Source of the DNA: Bdellovibrionales bacterium | GTDB taxonomy: Bacteria; Bdellovibrionota; Bdellovibrionia; Bdellovibrionales; JAUICD01 | Length of the DNA: 64,000 nt | Direction of reading: 5' to 3' | NCBI GenBank assembly: GCA_965203275.1 | Contig: OZ241865.1 | Span: forward strand, 1,760,001-1,824,000 | Shown: in pieces, positions 61,112-64,000 of the stretch | Layout: the number at the start of each line of letters is the position of its first letter | How positions within the stretch are numbered: position 1 is the first letter of the stretch | Notes under the pieces: generated by a model | The model's database searches: none | What the model was told of the DNA's origin: nothing | The model's input: only the letters and a program-made list of their open reading frames with translations | Translations under genes and position numbers: made by a program

Positions 61112-61546
61112 TTATACGTTGAGTCCAACTAAAACAAGTTTTACCCAAAAAGTCAATGCAGTCACAGCAAGTGTACTTAAAGCAAATAAGATGATGGTTA
61201 TTCTAATGATCAAAGAATATTTGAGAAGTTCTATTTCTTTCTTTGTATCAGCTTTTAGTTGTTCTATATCTTTCTTTGTATCGGCTCTTAGTTGTTCTAT
61301 ATCTTTCTTTGTATCTCTCCTTAGTTGTTCTATATCTTTCTTTGTATCTCTCCTTAGTTGTTCTATGCTTAAATGCACTTGCTCTATATCTTTCTGAATA
61401 AGCAAGATGTCTTTTTTATCAGCTAGATGTTGAAATCTATTATCTTTTTCTTTGTGTAGGTCAATTAAAACAGTAGCTTGTTGCTCTGTAAAGCCGTTAT
61501 CTTGCAGATGTTGGATTAAGTTAAAATCTATTGTTGGTTGTCTCAT
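61112..61546 (-). CDS. DUF1640/CCDC90-like coiled-coil protein with C-terminal TM
   Basis: LQDNGFTEQQA, LADKKDI, 11-aa repeats DTKKDIEQLRR. Confidence 0.75.
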   Translation of the reverse strand: MRQPTIDFNLIQHLQDNGFTEQQATVLIDLHKEKDNRFQHLADKKDILLIQKDIEQVHLSIEQLRRDTKKDIEQLRRDTKKDIEQLRADTKKDIEQLKADTKKEIELLKYSLIIRITIILFALSTLAVTALTFWVKLVLVGLNV

Positions 61547-61712
61547 ATTTTTTTACTCCATATATGCCATACATGCCTAAACAAAAAATCTTGTATTAAC
61601 AAACCTTTGATTATATATATTAATATACACAATTTTGATATTTTTGTCAATAATATTTATAAAACATAAAAAATGGACACTTGATATTAAAATTCACATA
61701 TAAAGTAAAGGG

Positions 61713-62456
61713 GTGTTCAGTATGAAATCTTTGGCATTAAAAAATGGTAATTGTTATAAGTTACTAGCAGAAATACCAAATCAGTCAGTGGACCTTATCT
61801 TAACAGACCCTCCTTATAATTTAAACCCTTATTCTACAGGCAATATTAAGTGCAAATGGCGATCGGATTTTAATAATGATATTGCTTCATGGGATGCAGA
61901 TCAGCTTAAAATTCATCTACTTCAAAAGGAGTTTAAAAGGATTCTTAAGCCTACAGGTAATATTTTTATTTTCACAACTTATAATTTACTAGGTGACTTT
62001 CATAAAACATTTGATCCAGTATTTGATGTATTTCAAATCATGGTGTGGCACAAAACCAATCCTCCACCTAAACTTAGGAAAACAAGCTTCCTTAATTCTT
62101 GTGAGTTAATATGTTGTATATGGAACAAAGGGCATACTTGGAACTTCTTATCACAAAAACAAATGCATAATTTTTTTGAAAGCCCTATTTGTATGGGGAA
62201 AGAAAGACTCAATCATCCCACTCAAAAACCAGTCAAATTATTAAAGCATATTATTGACATAGCTTCTCGTGAAAAAGACATCGTGTTGGATCCCTTTATG
62301 GGTGTGGGGAGTACAGGGGAAGCTAGTCTTGGAATGGAGAGAAGTTTTATAGGATTTGAAATTGACTCTAATTATTTTCAAAAAGCAAAACAAAGATTAA
62401 CTCTTTATCATTGCCAATATCAGCCTTTTACAAAGGAGGCTTTAAAGCCTCTTTAA
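61713..62456 (+). CDS. Site-specific DNA methyltransferase (N6-A/N4-C, beta class), orphan
   Basis: VDLILTDPPY before HPTQKP and VLDPFMGVGST...GFEID. Confidence 0.92.
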   Translation: MFSMKSLALKNGNCYKLLAEIPNQSVDLILTDPPYNLNPYSTGNIKCKWRSDFNNDIASWDADQLKIHLLQKEFKRILKPTGNIFIFTTYNLLGDFHKTFDPVFDVFQIMVWHKTNPPPKLRKTSFLNSCELICCIWNKGHTWNFLSQKQMHNFFESPICMGKERLNHPTQKPVKLLKHIIDIASREKDIVLDPFMGVGSTGEASLGMERSFIGFEIDSNYFQKAKQRLTLYHCQYQPFTKEALKPL

Positions 62457-63588
62457 GATCAGTAATTAAGTCTTCTGCACTTTCAATACCTACACTCAAA
62501 CGCAAAAGATTATCAGAGATCCCCATATTTAAACGCTCTTTTTTTGATAAATAAGCATGTGTCATAATAGCAGGATGATCTATAAGTGACTCAACTCCTC
62601 CTAAACTCTCTGCTAAAGTAATAATTTTCAAGCGTTTTAAGAAAGTTTGAGTTTCTGATAATCCTCCTTTGATATAAAAGCTTATCATCCCACCAAAGCC
62701 ATCCATTTGTTGTTTAGCTAAAGTATGTTGTGGATGGTTTTTCAACCCTGGATAAAGCACTTGCTCTACTTGAGGATGACTTTCTAAAAATGTAGCAACT
62801 TGCGTTGCATTGACATCGTGAGCTTTCATTCGCACAGCTAATGTTTTAAGACTTCTCAAACATAAAAAACTATCAAAAGGTGAAGCAACAGCTCCTAAGG
62901 CATTTTGTAAAAAGTATAAACGATCCGCAAGCTCTTTGTTATTTACTACTAAAGCACCTCCAAGTAGATCACTATGTCCACCAATGTATTTTGAAGTAGA
63001 ATGGCAAATAATATCAGCACCTTGCAATAGTGGTTTTTGAAAAAATGGTGTCATAAAAGTATTATCCACAGCAACTAAAATATTCTGCTCCTGAGCTATT
63101 TTTGAAACCAAAACTACATCTACAATTTTTAAGAGTGGATTTGTAGGAGTTTCTATCCAGATAAGTTTTGTGTTTTTACGTAAAGCTTTTTCAAGTTGTT
63201 CTCTATGAGTCATATCAATAAGGGTGAGTTGAAGACCTTGATTTTGGAAATCTCGCATCACACGAATAGAACCACCATAAATGCCATCCATAGAAATAAT
63301 ATGATCACCTTGTTTAAATAAGTGTAGCAGTGTGGTTAAAGCAGCACATCCTGAAGCAAAAGCCATGCCGTAAGCACCTGACTCTAAAGAAGCTAAACAA
63401 TCCTCATAAGCTTTGCGTGTAGGGTTACTGGTACGTATGTACTCATAGCCCTTATGATGGCCAGGAGATTCTTGCACAAAAGTTGTAGATAGAGTGATAG
63501 GAGTCATCACAGCTCCTGTGGATGGGTCTGGTGCTTGACCTGCATGAATAGCTTTTGTTTCAAATCCAAGTGTTCTGTCTAAACTCAT
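62428..63588 (-). CDS. Cystathionine gamma-lyase/gamma-synthase family PLP enzyme
   Basis: YIRTSNPT, FASG, ETPTNP, DNTF, HSTSKYIGGHSD, AESLGGVESL, LRLSVGIE. Confidence 0.93.
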   Translation of the reverse strand: MSLDRTLGFETKAIHAGQAPDPSTGAVMTPITLSTTFVQESPGHHKGYEYIRTSNPTRKAYEDCLASLESGAYGMAFASGCAALTTLLHLFKQGDHIISMDGIYGGSIRVMRDFQNQGLQLTLIDMTHREQLEKALRKNTKLIWIETPTNPLLKIVDVVLVSKIAQEQNILVAVDNTFMTPFFQKPLLQGADIICHSTSKYIGGHSDLLGGALVVNNKELADRLYFLQNALGAVASPFDSFLCLRSLKTLAVRMKAHDVNATQVATFLESHPQVEQVLYPGLKNHPQHTLAKQQMDGFGGMISFYIKGGLSETQTFLKRLKIITLAESLGGVESLIDHPAIMTHAYLSKKERLNMGISDNLLRLSVGIESAEDLITDLKEALKPPL

Positions 63589-64000
63589 TTGATATATCCT
63601 TGTTTTTTAAGCCATTGAGAATCTAAAAACTTAGTTAAATAGTTACAAACGCCATCAGGGAGAACACAAACACAATTTTGATTTTTGCTTAACTTTGTAG
63701 CCTCTTGTAGGACAGCAAAAATGGCAGCACCTGAAGATCCTCCACAAAGCAATCCCTCCTCCTTAATGAGTCGTCTTGCTAAAAGAAAAGACTGTGAGTC
63801 TGTTGTTTTCACCCATTGATCGACAACACTGCGGTCGAGGACTGAAGGGATAAAGTCATATCCAATGCCTTCTACTTGATAAGAAGCTACATTTTTACGG
63901 CTTCCACCTGCAAGAATAGACCCCACAGGATCAGCTGCTATGACCTGACATTGAGGATTAATTTTTTTAAATTTACGTCCTAATCCTGTAATCGTCCCTC
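63585..64000 (-). CDS. cbs: Cystathionine beta-synthase, 3' part (runs off window)
   Basis: GTITGLGR...ADPVGSIL...YQVEGIGYDFIP...EEGLLCGGSSG...LPDGVCNYLTKF. Confidence 0.85.
   Translation of the reverse strand, partial: GTITGLGRKFKKINPQCQVIAADPVGSILAGGSRKNVASYQVEGIGYDFIPSVLDRSVVDQWVKTTDSQSFLLARRLIKEEGLLCGGSSGAAIFAVLQEATKLSKNQNCVCVLPDGVCNYLTKFLDSQWLKKQGYIK

Overview
AT-rich bacterial chromosomal segment. Gene content (mutS-dciA, pilT, bat/vWA operon, many large orphan secreted proteins, SLT-like and FNNC-type exported proteins) suggests a Bdellovibrionota-like organism; this is inference. Recognisable genes: EVE protein, mutY, ahcY, dciA-like, mutS, oppD/oppF, ahpC, pilT, asd, AGCS symporter, hisC, nhaA, batA/batB/DUF58, cystathionine gamma-lyase/synthase and a partial cystathionine beta-synthase. 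Accessory content: a Fic + PD-(D/E)XK gene pair, an orphan DNA methyltransferase, several small TM/coiled-coil repeat proteins, an M48 peptidase-ABC1 kinase fusion, and IS1634-family debris (transposase remnant, a 374-bp MITE, solo ends). The most striking signal is non-coding: seven intergenic clusters hold about 12 full and many partial copies of a ~140-bp repeat. Its sequence varies but its four-stem fold is kept by extensive compensatory changes. It is assembled with other modules into recurring ~415-bp head-to-head mosaics. No CRISPR array, rRNA or tRNA was recognised. All calls come from reading motifs by eye; no searches were run.
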